Below, piece by piece: positions 19,853 to 28,424 of a stretch of DNA of 64,000 bases (its first letter is position 1; every line of letters begins with the position of its first letter). The notes below the pieces were generated by a model. It searched no databases. It was given only the letters and a program-made list of their open reading frames with translations, and was not told the DNA's origin. Made by a program: the position numbers and the translations under genes. Source of the DNA: Clostridia bacterium (GTDB lineage: Bacteria > Bacillota > Clostridia > Christensenellales > UBA1242); the NCBI GenBank assembly GCA_017467625.1, contig JAFUSN010000004.1, forward strand, positions 403,963 through 467,962. The letters run 5' to 3'.

Positions 19853-20311
19853 ATGAAACAGATAGTAACAGGTGAAAACAATTTATTTTCAAAAAATATA
19901 ATTGAGTTAAAACTCATTTCTGACCGTATTGCAGAGGGAAAGGGAGAGTTGGCTGGTATTTTCAGTAACACATATCAAATTCTTTACTTGCTTGAGAAAA
20001 AAGAAACCGTAACTCCAAAGGAACTTATTGCAGAGCTTAATGTTGCAAAAAGTAATCTTGCAATTTTAGCAAAAAAGATGATTAAAGATAACCTTATTGA
20101 AAGTCATAAAGATAAAATCAACAAGAGGGAAATTTACTATAACATCACAGAAAACGGTCAAAAAATGCTTCAAGCGAAACTAGACAACATAGACACCCTT
20201 TGTGAGGGAGACACAAAGAAAGTGCTGAATGTAATCTCAAGAGCGGTTGATGAACTCAGGAAATTAGAAAATAAAGCAAACTCACCAAAAAGAAGAAAAA
20301 ATAATAAATAG
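19853..20311 (+). CDS. MarR-family transcriptional regulator
   Basis: 152 aa; winged-helix pattern (LYLLEKKETVTPKELIAELNVAKSNLAILAKKMIKDNLIE...KREIYYNITENG). Confidence 0.7.
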   Translation: MKQIVTGENNLFSKNIIELKLISDRIAEGKGELAGIFSNTYQILYLLEKKETVTPKELIAELNVAKSNLAILAKKMIKDNLIESHKDKINKREIYYNITENGQKMLQAKLDNIDTLCEGDTKKVLNVISRAVDELRKLENKANSPKRRKNNK

Positions 20312-20316
20312 ATTTA

Positions 20317-20346
20317 AATTCTCACAGAAGTGTGAGAATTTTTTTA
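20317..20346 (+). terminator. intrinsic terminator
   Basis: aattctcaca/tgtgagaatt 10-bp stem followed by T5. Confidence 0.85.
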
Positions 20347-20396
20347 TGAACAAATTTTATTGTAAAACTGAACCTATTATGTTAAAATTTTAATAT

Positions 20397-21080
20397 ATGA
20401 TTTTAATTTTTGATTTTGATGGAACTTTAACACCATTTAAGTTGCCACAGTATAAAATTTTTAAGCTTGCAGGCTACACTGATGAAAGGCTTAAAGATGC
20501 TTTAAAAAAAGAAGCTCTTTTAGATAACAATTTTTACAGGGCATTTTATGTGTGTTTAGAAAAAATTTACAAAGAAAGGGAAATTGAATTTTCACCTGAA
20601 AGCATTGTTGATGGTGCAGAAAATGTTGTTTTTAATTCAGGCGTTGAAGAGTTTTTTGACCATTTTGGAAAAAATAAAAAAATTAAAAAATATGTTGTTA
20701 CATCTGGAATTAAAAGTTATGTTGAGCAAACAAAAATTGCCTTAAACCTTGATGGCATTTTTGGAGTTACTTTTGATTTTGAAAAAAGCAAATTTAAATC
20801 AATTGAAAAGCTTTTAACAGATAAGGATAAAGTTGATGCAATAAAAGAAATTCAATCAAAAAATAAATCAAATGAGAAAATTGTTTACTTTGGTGATGGA
20901 ATGTCTGATAGATTTGCATTTGAATATGTTCACTCAATTGGTGGAATCAGCGTTTTAATTTCACAGAGTGAAAACAAAAACGGCTTTGGGACAGTTATTG
21001 ATGAGGTTTTTGAGCCGGATTTTTCAAAAACATCAAAACTATTTAAGTTTGTTGATAGAATATTAAAAACTGAAAAGTGA
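20397..21080 (+). CDS. HAD-superfamily hydrolase
   Basis: Motif I IFDFDGTL, motif IV GDGMSD. Confidence 0.8.
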   Translation: MILIFDFDGTLTPFKLPQYKIFKLAGYTDERLKDALKKEALLDNNFYRAFYVCLEKIYKEREIEFSPESIVDGAENVVFNSGVEEFFDHFGKNKKIKKYVVTSGIKSYVEQTKIALNLDGIFGVTFDFEKSKFKSIEKLLTDKDKVDAIKEIQSKNKSNEKIVYFGDGMSDRFAFEYVHSIGGISVLISQSENKNGFGTVIDEVFEPDFSKTSKLFKFVDRILKTEK

Positions 21081-21087
21081 GGGGCAT

Positions 21088-21627
21088 ATGCTATTAGCTT
21101 TAGTTGGAATCACCGGAGTTGGAAAATCATTTTTATGTGATAAAATTTGTGAAAAATTAAACTTTAAGAAAGTTAACACAATAAGAACAAGAAAACCAAG
21201 GGCTGGTGAAAATGTAAATAATTTTAAAACAATAAGCGAACTTGATGAATTGGAAAAACAAGGTGAAATTGCTTATAGATTTAAGGTTTTTGGCGGTGAA
21301 TACGCTTATTTGTCAAGTGAAATTCAATCAAATGAAAATTGGATTTTTGAAATGCATTACACAACAATTTTTGATTGGAAAAATATTAGACCGGATATAA
21401 AAACAATTTATATTTTTCCAAAATCAGTTGAAATGGCAAAACAAAAACTTCATGAGAGGGGCTTGAGTGCAGAAAAGGAGACTGAAAGATTCAATGAAAT
21501 TGATGAGCATATTGAAGCAATGAAAAATGAAAATCTAAAAAATCAGTTTGATTATTTTTTTTACAATGATTACACAGATGATTCAGTTGAAAAACTGATA
21601 AATTTAGTTAAAAAAATAATTGAATAG
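21088..21627 (+). CDS. guanylate kinase-like P-loop kinase
   Basis: P-loop GITGVGKS; TIRTRKPRAGE..F..ELE..GEI...KVFGGEYAY resembles the Gmk TTRxPRxGE motif; GAGGGG SD. Confidence 0.6.
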   Translation: MLLALVGITGVGKSFLCDKICEKLNFKKVNTIRTRKPRAGENVNNFKTISELDELEKQGEIAYRFKVFGGEYAYLSSEIQSNENWIFEMHYTTIFDWKNIRPDIKTIYIFPKSVEMAKQKLHERGLSAEKETERFNEIDEHIEAMKNENLKNQFDYFFYNDYTDDSVEKLINLVKKIIE

Positions 21628-21634
21628 AAAAATA

Positions 21635-21664
21635 AAAACCCTGAATTATCAGGGTTTTGTTTTT
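21635..21664 (+). terminator. intrinsic terminator
   Basis: aaaaccctg/cagggtttt stem followed by T run; abuts the tRNA-Gly 3' end. Confidence 0.8.
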
Positions 21665-21737
21665 GGAGCGAATGATGAGAATCGAACTCACGACCTAAGC
21701 TTGGGAAGCTCATGTTTTACCATTAAACTACATTCGC
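21664..21737 (-). tRNA. tRNA-Gly (anticodon CCC), CCA encoded
   Basis: Reverse complement GCGAATG-TA-GTTT..AAAC-A-TGAGC-TTCCCAA-GCTTA-GGTC-GTGAG-TTCGATT-CTCAT-CATTCGC-TCCA. Confidence 0.9.
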
Positions 21738-21750
21738 AAAACTACTTTAT

Positions 21751-21778
21751 ATTTTAAATAAAACAGAAAATTTGTCAA
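21751..21778 (-). promoter_or_regulatory. promoter TTGACA-16-TAAAAT for tRNA-Gly
   Basis: Reverse complement of tgtcaa (21773-21778) and atttta (21751-21756); 13 nt upstream of the tRNA 5' end. Confidence 0.6.
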
Positions 21779-21794
21779 TGGAAAATTTTACAAA

Positions 21795-21859
21795 AAAAAT
21801 GTAAATAAAACTTGACATTTGCTTTTGCTATGAATATAATAAAAATGTAAATAAAACTT
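21795..21859 (+). promoter_or_regulatory. promoter TTGACA-17-TATAAT bracketed by a perfect 19-bp direct repeat (AAAAATGTAAATAAAACTT)
   Basis: Repeat copies at 21795-21813 (overlapping -35 at 21812-21817) and 21841-21859 (just after -10 at 21835-21840). Confidence 0.65.
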
Positions 21860-21875
21860 TACACAAGGAGGAATT

Positions 21876-22214
21876 ATGGATAAAAAGGAAATTTTGGAAA
21901 AAGCTAGTGAAAAGAAAACTGTTGTTGGCGAAGTTGAGGCAAGAGGGATTAGCAAAAGTGCAATAATTGCATTGATTTTTGCTGGGGCAATGGCAATTGC
22001 TTTTATTATTACTGAAGGTTGTCTAGGTCATTTTTCAGCATCATATGCAATTGCAAGTATATGCTTTTTATGGGCTGGTGTGTTTTATGCTCTGCAATTT
22101 TTTGTTGCAAAGCGTCATTATGCTGGAATTTTGATTGGTGCATCACTTGAATGTTTGGCAGGGGTATTCTTTTTGGTTAGATACATTTTATTTGTTACAG
22201 GAGTTTGGGCATGA
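21876..22214 (+). CDS. small 3-TM membrane protein, uncharacterised, partner of the XRE regulator
   Basis: 112 aa; three hydrophobic helices; AGGAGG SD; stop overlaps the next start (ATGA). Confidence 0.65.
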   Translation: MDKKEILEKASEKKTVVGEVEARGISKSAIIALIFAGAMAIAFIITEGCLGHFSASYAIASICFLWAGVFYALQFFVAKRHYAGILIGASLECLAGVFFLVRYILFVTGVWA

Positions 22215-22417
22215 GAGAAGATTTGATTTTAAAAAACAAATTAAAAGAAGTTCGTTCTCTAAAAAAAATTTCACAGGAAGATCTTGCAAAAATGGTTGGA
22301 ACAACCCGGCAAACAATTATTGCAATTGAAAAAAATGGATTTAATCCATCTGCAAAACTTGCGCTTTTAATTTGCATTGCACTTGACTTAAAATTTGAAG
22401 AAATATTTTATTTTTAA
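22211..22417 (+). CDS. XRE-family helix-turn-helix transcriptional regulator (about 68 aa)
   Basis: LKEVRSLKKISQEDLAKMVGTTRQTIIAIEKNGFNPSAKLALLICIALDLKFEEIF is a classic HTH_3 pattern; ATGA coupling. Confidence 0.85.
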   Translation: MREDLILKNKLKEVRSLKKISQEDLAKMVGTTRQTIIAIEKNGFNPSAKLALLICIALDLKFEEIFYF

Positions 22418-22445
22418 AAATCGCCAAATGGCGATTTTTGTTTTA
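22416..22445 (+). terminator. intrinsic terminator
   Basis: aaaaatcgcc/ggcgattttt stem followed by T run. Confidence 0.85.
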
Positions 22446-22592
22446 GAAAGTAATTTTAGATACAAAACAGCCACCATAATCAAAATAAATTTAATTTATG
22501 GCGGCATTAAACACTAAATTTAGTTAATGAATATTTTTTTATTGACAAATTACACCAAAAATTTCAATAATAAAAGTATAAAGGAGTTATTT

Positions 22593-23525
22593 ATGGCAGT
22601 TAAATATTCAGTTGTTGTTCCTTGTTTTAATGAAGAGGAAACAATTCCAACATTTTATAAAGTTGCAGTTCCAGTTATGGAAAGTTTGCATGAACCATTT
22701 GAATTGATTTTTGTTAATGACGGCAGCCGTGATGGAACAGAAGACATTTTGACTGGTTTAGCAAAAGCTGATAAACGAGTTAAGGTTATCAATTTTTCAA
22801 GAAATTTTGGTCAACAGGCAGCACTTTTGGCTGGTTTTACTGAAGCAAAAGGCGAAGCAGTTATTGATATTGATGTTGATCTTCAAGATCCAATTGATGC
22901 AATTCCTCCAATGATTGAGAAGTGGAAGGCAGGATATGACATTGTTCATGGAAAAAGGCTTGTTCGTGAAGGTGAAACATTTTTAAAAAAGGCAACATCA
23001 AGTGTTTATACAAAATTTTATGGAAAAATTACTGGACTAAACATTCCGAAAAATTGTGGAGATTTTAAACTTTTTGATAGAAAGGTTATTGATGTTATTA
23101 CATCAATGCCAGAGCGCGATAGATTTTTGCGTGGAATTACAGAGTGGGTTGGTTTTAAACAAACTTATGTTGAATTTGAAAGGAAGGAACGCTTTGCTGG
23201 GAAAACAAAATATAACGCAAAAAAACTTTTCAAACTTGCAACAAATGGAATTGTTGCAAACAGCAGTTATCCTCTTTCATTCTCGCTTAAATTTGGCATT
23301 TCATTAAATGTGCTTTCGTGTTTAACATTTTTAACCTTTATCATTCTTGCTTGTTGCAAAATTGTTTTGCCACTTACAGCTTGGCTGTTTCCAACTGTTG
23401 GGCTTTTGTTTAGTGTAACTTGGATTTTGCATGCGGCTTCAAATATTTATTTGGGAAGAATTTACAGCGAGGTTCAGGGAAGGCCAAAATATATTGTTCG
23501 CAATAAAATTAATTTAGATAAATAA
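22593..23525 (+). CDS. family-2 glycosyltransferase, GtrB/CsbB-like (polyprenyl-phosphate sugar transferase) with 2 C-terminal TM helices
   Basis: VVVPCFNEE, VNDGSRDGT, DVDLQD; start at ATG 22593 behind AAGGAG. Confidence 0.85.
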   Translation: MAVKYSVVVPCFNEEETIPTFYKVAVPVMESLHEPFELIFVNDGSRDGTEDILTGLAKADKRVKVINFSRNFGQQAALLAGFTEAKGEAVIDIDVDLQDPIDAIPPMIEKWKAGYDIVHGKRLVREGETFLKKATSSVYTKFYGKITGLNIPKNCGDFKLFDRKVIDVITSMPERDRFLRGITEWVGFKQTYVEFERKERFAGKTKYNAKKLFKLATNGIVANSSYPLSFSLKFGISLNVLSCLTFLTFIILACCKIVLPLTAWLFPTVGLLFSVTWILHAASNIYLGRIYSEVQGRPKYIVRNKINLDK

Positions 23526-23586
23526 AAATTTAAAACTTTTTCATAGAATAACATTTTATTTCATAAATTTTAATGAGGTTATTTTA

Positions 23587-25083
23587 ATGAAAAAGTTTTT
23601 TATTTTGCTTTTTTCTTGTCTTTTTTTGTGTTTTTCTACAATTTCAGTTATTTCTTGTTCTCCAAATGAAATTGAAAAAGTTTCAAAAAATTTGTCAACT
23701 TATTCAATTTTTGCACAATTTAATGATAATGATAAAACCATTTCAGCAAGTGAAAATTTTTTGTTTGTGAACAATTTTAATAATGACATTTCAACTCTGT
23801 GTTTTCACCTTTATCCAAGGGCTTTTCGAGAGGGGGCACTTTTTAAGCCATACACTTCCTTAACTTTGGCAAGCACTTATCCAAATGGATTGAATTTTGG
23901 AGATTTAAAAATTTTAAATGTTAGTTGCGATAATAATAAACTAACATACAACATTGTTGGCGAGGATGAAGATATTTTAAAAATTGATTTTGAAAATCAA
24001 ATAAAAAAGAATTCCAGTCAAAAAATTAAAATTGATTTTGAACTTAAAATTCCAAATTCAACACACCGCTTTGGGTTTTATGACGGAAATGTGAATCTGG
24101 GAAATTGGTATCCAATTTTATGTGCAAAAAATGGTGAAAATTTTGACACGTCGCCATACTACTCAACAGGTGATCCATTTTATTCAGAAATTGCAAATTA
24201 TGTGGTTGAGTTTGCTTATCCTAATGAGTATTCATTTGCAAGCACGGGGAATTTTGAAATTTTGCAAACAGAAGGAAAAAATCTGGCAAAAATTTCAGCT
24301 CAAGCAGTTCGTGATTTTGCAATTTCAATGTCAAAAAACAGACAAGAAATTTCAACAAGCGTGTTAAATACGAAAGTGGTTTATGCTGGATATAAAACGG
24401 ATGCAAAATTTAATGAATATTTAGGTGTTGCAGCTAAAAGTTTGGAGTTTTTTAATAAAAATTTTGGAAATTATCCATATTCATGTTTAACCATTGTAAA
24501 GTCGCCGTTTGTTTTTGGGGGAATGGAATATCCAGGGCTTGTTTTAATTTCGGACTCCATTACTGATGAAGATGAATTTATTAAAGTTATTGTGCATGAA
24601 ATTGCTCACCAGTGGTGGTATGGTGTTGTTGGGAACAACCAAATTGATGAAGCGTGGCTTGATGAGTCACTTGCAGAATTTTCAGCGGCTTTATTTTTTA
24701 AAAATAATACAGAGTTTAAAATTAGCTATGATGAAATTGTGAGAAATGCAGTTTCAAGTTATGAACTGTATGTTGATGTTATTTCAACAATTCGAGGAAG
24801 CGTTAACACAAAAATGAATTTAAAACTTTCAGATTATCAAAATGATTATGAGTATTCATACATGGTTTATGTTAAGGGTGTGATTATGTTTGATTCGCTC
24901 TCAAGCGCAGTTGGAGAGAAAAAAGTTGTCGCTGGATTGAAAAAATATTATGCAGAAAATAAATTTAAAATTGCAACAAAGAAAGAGTTTTATCAAGCAT
25001 TCAATTCTGCGTGTCACAAAGATGTGGAAGGATTTTTTGATGGTTTTTTAAATGGAACTTCAATAATATCAAGTGTAAACTAA
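23587..25083 (+). CDS. M1-family zinc metallopeptidase, lipoprotein
   Basis: Lipobox VISC; GMEYPG exopeptidase motif; HEIAHQWWY...WLDESLAEF zinc site. Confidence 0.9.
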   Translation: MKKFFILLFSCLFLCFSTISVISCSPNEIEKVSKNLSTYSIFAQFNDNDKTISASENFLFVNNFNNDISTLCFHLYPRAFREGALFKPYTSLTLASTYPNGLNFGDLKILNVSCDNNKLTYNIVGEDEDILKIDFENQIKKNSSQKIKIDFELKIPNSTHRFGFYDGNVNLGNWYPILCAKNGENFDTSPYYSTGDPFYSEIANYVVEFAYPNEYSFASTGNFEILQTEGKNLAKISAQAVRDFAISMSKNRQEISTSVLNTKVVYAGYKTDAKFNEYLGVAAKSLEFFNKNFGNYPYSCLTIVKSPFVFGGMEYPGLVLISDSITDEDEFIKVIVHEIAHQWWYGVVGNNQIDEAWLDESLAEFSAALFFKNNTEFKISYDEIVRNAVSSYELYVDVISTIRGSVNTKMNLKLSDYQNDYEYSYMVYVKGVIMFDSLSSAVGEKKVVAGLKKYYAENKFKIATKKEFYQAFNSACHKDVEGFFDGFLNGTSIISSVN

Positions 25084-25139
25084 CAAAATTATTTTCAATT
25101 TTCAAAAATTGTGTTAAAATTCTTTTGTTAGGAGAAAAT

Positions 25140-25943
25140 ATGCATATAGTAAATTTAGCTTCAGGCAGCAAAGGAAATTCAACTTTGGTTGAGTTTAAAA
25201 ATTCACTTCTACTCATTGATGTTGGCCTTACTGAAAAAAAACTAAAAGAAAGGCTTGCAGAAGTTGGGAAAAATTTGAGTGAAGTTTTGTTTGTTTGCAT
25301 AACGCATGAGCATATTGATCATATTCGTGGGCTTGAAGTTCTTGCAAAAAAATACGATATGGAATTTTTTGTGCATAAAAAGCTTGCCGAAAGTGAGCAG
25401 TTTAAGCGTATTGAATTTAAAGAAGGAAAACTTCATACATTTGAAACAGAAAAATTCAATGCAGGCGATTTTGAAATTACGCCATTTGATGTTTCTCATG
25501 ATGCGGTTGCCCCTGTTGGATTTACTGTTAATGTTGTATCAAGTAAATCAAAAGTTGGTTTTGTTACTGACCTTGGAATTGTTACAGATACTGTAAAAAA
25601 AGCACTTGTGGGTTCAAAAATTGTTTTTATTGAATCAAATTATGATAGAGACATGCTTCTTGGTGGAAAATATCCATACTTAACAAAAATGCGAATTGAT
25701 GGAGATCATGGGCATCTTTCGAATGAACAGTCATTAATGCTTGCAAGTTATCTTTATGATGGTGGAACAAAATGTTTTGTTTTATCGCACATTTCTGAAA
25801 ACAACAACACATATGAAAAGGCTTATTTGAATTTTGCGAGTTTTTTTGAAGGTAAGGGACTAACACTTGACAGTGATGTGTTTTTGAGATTATCATTCCA
25901 AAATAAGCATGGAAATAATTTTACACTTAATGAGGAGGAATAA
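25140..25943 (+). CDS. MBL-fold metallo-hydrolase (YycJ/WalJ-like)
   Basis: THEHIDH (HxHxDH) motif; SGSKGNS N-terminus; ATG 25140 behind AGGAG. Confidence 0.8.
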   Translation: MHIVNLASGSKGNSTLVEFKNSLLLIDVGLTEKKLKERLAEVGKNLSEVLFVCITHEHIDHIRGLEVLAKKYDMEFFVHKKLAESEQFKRIEFKEGKLHTFETEKFNAGDFEITPFDVSHDAVAPVGFTVNVVSSKSKVGFVTDLGIVTDTVKKALVGSKIVFIESNYDRDMLLGGKYPYLTKMRIDGDHGHLSNEQSLMLASYLYDGGTKCFVLSHISENNNTYEKAYLNFASFFEGKGLTLDSDVFLRLSFQNKHGNNFTLNEEE

Positions 25944-27052
25944 TGGAAGAAAATAAGTATCCAATTAGACCAAAAAAAGAATATTTTAATTTCTTTGATG
26001 CGGCTCTCGCCTCAATTTTATTCATCATTTATAATTTTATATTTTTGGAAGCATTTGCATTTGTTCCGATGAGTGTAAAATCAAATTCAATAGTTTTATA
26101 TATTGCGCAATTTTTGATTGAATTTTTGTTTGCTTTGGTGGCTTTAACTGTTGCAGGAAGTAGAAGAATTAAAATTACAAAAGCCGCTGGAATGAACAAA
26201 AAAGTTAATTTGAAACTTATTCTGCTTTGCCTTTTAATTTCAATTGTTGCGCTTGTTGGATTTGGAAACTTAACTAATGTTTTCATTGCAATTTTGGAAA
26301 AACTTGGCTACAGCTCAAGTTCCAGTGATATTGTGATTAATTCATTTGGAAGTTATTTTATTTATGTGTTAGTTATTTGTGCAACACCGGCAATTTGTGA
26401 AGAGCTGCTATTTAGAGGTGTGATTTTGAGCGGACTTAAAAAAATTGGTCCAATGTTTGCACTTTTGGTTTCATCGGCGATTTTTATGCTTATGCACGGA
26501 AGCCCAGATCAAACCGTTCATCAGTTTATTATTGGCCTTGTTGTTGGTTATATTTTCTTGAAAACAGGAAATTTGTGGCTTGGTGTTTTGGTTCATTTTT
26601 TCAACAATTTTATTTCAATAACAGAATATTATATTTTGAAACTTATAAGCACTTCAACTGATGTTGCACCAGCAACCACTTCTGAACCAACATTTATTAG
26701 CATTTTGCTTTCATTTGCAATTGGGGCGGCTATTGCGGTTGTTGCATACATTATTATTAAGCTGTTAATCAGAGTGCTTGCAAAAGAAAATGAAAAAATC
26801 AATTCAAGTGAAACAATTGAAACAAACACAGAAATTTTGGTTGACGGAAACGCTTCTGAGGCAGTTATGGAAATTGATGGCAGAATGGTTGAACCAAATT
26901 TGGAAAAAGCACAGGCGCAGAGCGAAACTGTTGAAAAGGAAACAGAAGATAAGGGAACTTCAGCAATCGCAATTGTTTTAATGGTTCTCTCATGTGGCTA
27001 CTTGATTTTTGATTGGATTGTAACGCTGCTTCATGGATTTGGTTTGTTTTAG
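25943..27052 (+). CDS. CPBP-family intramembrane glutamic endopeptidase (Abi/CAAX protease-like)
   Basis: EELLFRG, MLMHG and HFFNN motifs in a polytopic protein; ATG overlaps the upstream stop. Confidence 0.85.
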   Translation: MEENKYPIRPKKEYFNFFDAALASILFIIYNFIFLEAFAFVPMSVKSNSIVLYIAQFLIEFLFALVALTVAGSRRIKITKAAGMNKKVNLKLILLCLLISIVALVGFGNLTNVFIAILEKLGYSSSSSDIVINSFGSYFIYVLVICATPAICEELLFRGVILSGLKKIGPMFALLVSSAIFMLMHGSPDQTVHQFIIGLVVGYIFLKTGNLWLGVLVHFFNNFISITEYYILKLISTSTDVAPATTSEPTFISILLSFAIGAAIAVVAYIIIKLLIRVLAKENEKINSSETIETNTEILVDGNASEAVMEIDGRMVEPNLEKAQAQSETVEKETEDKGTSAIAIVLMVLSCGYLIFDWIVTLLHGFGLF

Positions 27053-27969
27053 TGGATTATAAAACCCTTTGTAAAAAAATTAAGCAATATAAAAAAATAT
27101 TCAATGTTAAAATTATTGGAAAATCAATTTTCAAAAGAAAAATTTTTGCAGTGGAAAAACAGGTAAACCCGGCTTTTTTCACTGCAGTTTTTTTATGCTC
27201 CGTTCATGGTAGGGAAAGCATTGCAACAGACATGGTTTGCAAAATGATTGATGATGGAATTTTTAATAAAATTAAAGACTTTAATTTGTCGTTCATTTTG
27301 ATGGCAAATCCAGATGGAGTTGAACTTTCAAATTATGGAATTAAAAGCGCTCCAGTTTGGGCGAGAAAAGAACTTTTGGAATTTAACAAAAATTCAACTG
27401 AATTTTCACTTTGGAAAGCAAATGGCAGAGGGGTTGACATCAATAACAATTTTGATGCAAATTGGGGAACAAATGTCCATTCAAATGAACCTGCGAGCTC
27501 GGGATTTGATGGAAACTTTGCTGAAAGCGAGCCGGAAACACAGGCTCTTGTGAGATATACAAAAAAAATTAATCCATTTATCACAATTTCATATCATAGC
27601 AAAGGCGAAGAAATTTATTACAATTTTTTTCAAAAAGAAAGGTTTCTTGAGCGTGATAAAAAAATTGCAGAACGCTTTGCTTCAAGCACTGGCTATGTGA
27701 TTAAAAATCCTGAAAAAACTAGTTCTGGAGGATATAAGGATCATTGTGTGATGAATTTAAAAATTCCAGCTCTTACAATTGAGCTTGGTAGTGACAATTT
27801 AACACATCCAATAAAGTTAGAAAATTTAAATGAAATTTATTTTCGAAACAAAGATGTTGCGAAAGATCTTGAATTTGCCTATAATGTTTTTGTGGAGAGC
27901 AAATATGGCTTATCAAGAGAAATTTATGAAAAAAGCGATTGCACTTGCAAAAAAAGCGGAACAGCGTGA
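27052..27969 (+). CDS. M14-family carboxypeptidase (gamma-D-glutamyl-diamino acid peptidase-like)
   Basis: VHGRES (HxxE zinc motif), NPDG, IGKSIFKRKIF start pattern; GTG 27052 overlaps the CPBP stop; the longer ORF start lies inside the upstream gene. Confidence 0.7.
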   Translation: MDYKTLCKKIKQYKKIFNVKIIGKSIFKRKIFAVEKQVNPAFFTAVFLCSVHGRESIATDMVCKMIDDGIFNKIKDFNLSFILMANPDGVELSNYGIKSAPVWARKELLEFNKNSTEFSLWKANGRGVDINNNFDANWGTNVHSNEPASSGFDGNFAESEPETQALVRYTKKINPFITISYHSKGEEIYYNFFQKERFLERDKKIAERFASSTGYVIKNPEKTSSGGYKDHCVMNLKIPALTIELGSDNLTHPIKLENLNEIYFRNKDVAKDLEFAYNVFVESKYGLSREIYEKSDCTCKKSGTA

Positions 27970-28363
27970 TGAGGTTCCGGTGGGTGCGGTTATTGTTTTA
28001 AATGGAGAAATTTTAGCATCGGCTTATAACAGACGAGAAAGTAAAAATGATGCTACTGCACATGCGGAAATTTTGGCAATTCAAAAAGCCTGCAAAAAGC
28101 TTGGTGATTTTAGACTTATTGGTGCAGAAATGTATGTTAGTTTGGAACCATGCGTTATGTGCATGGGGGCTATTTTAAATTCAAGAATTGAAACAGTGTT
28201 TTTTGGGGCAAAGATTACAAACGGATCAATTTCGGCTGAGGAAATTTCAAACCGTGCAGAACTGAATCACAAAACACAAGTTTGTGGAGGCTTTTTAGAG
28301 GGTGAGTGTTCAAGTTTGGTTTCAAACTATTTTAAGTCAAAAAGAAAAAAGAAAGATTGTTAG
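27905..28363 (+). CDS. tadA: tRNA adenosine(34) deaminase
   Basis: HAEILAI and EPCVMCMGA zinc motifs; ATG 27905 behind GGAGAG; overlaps the M14 gene tail by 65 nt. Confidence 0.95.
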   Translation: MAYQEKFMKKAIALAKKAEQRDEVPVGAVIVLNGEILASAYNRRESKNDATAHAEILAIQKACKKLGDFRLIGAEMYVSLEPCVMCMGAILNSRIETVFFGAKITNGSISAEEISNRAELNHKTQVCGGFLEGECSSLVSNYFKSKRKKKDC

Positions 28364-28386
28364 ATTAATCTAACAGTCTTTTTTCT
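28354..28386 (+). terminator. intrinsic terminator overlapping the tadA stop
   Basis: agattgttaga/tctaacagtct stem followed by T6. Confidence 0.75.
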
Positions 28387-28424
28387 TGCTTGACAAAGAC
28401 AAATTAAAATAATAAACTTTGAGT

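Noticed and set aside
28364-28424. SRP (4.5S/scRNA) gene expected downstream of tadA, as I recall in Bacillus
   Set aside because: Only about 60 nt of AT-rich spacer lies here, mostly a terminator. It has no SRP domain IV-like sequence.
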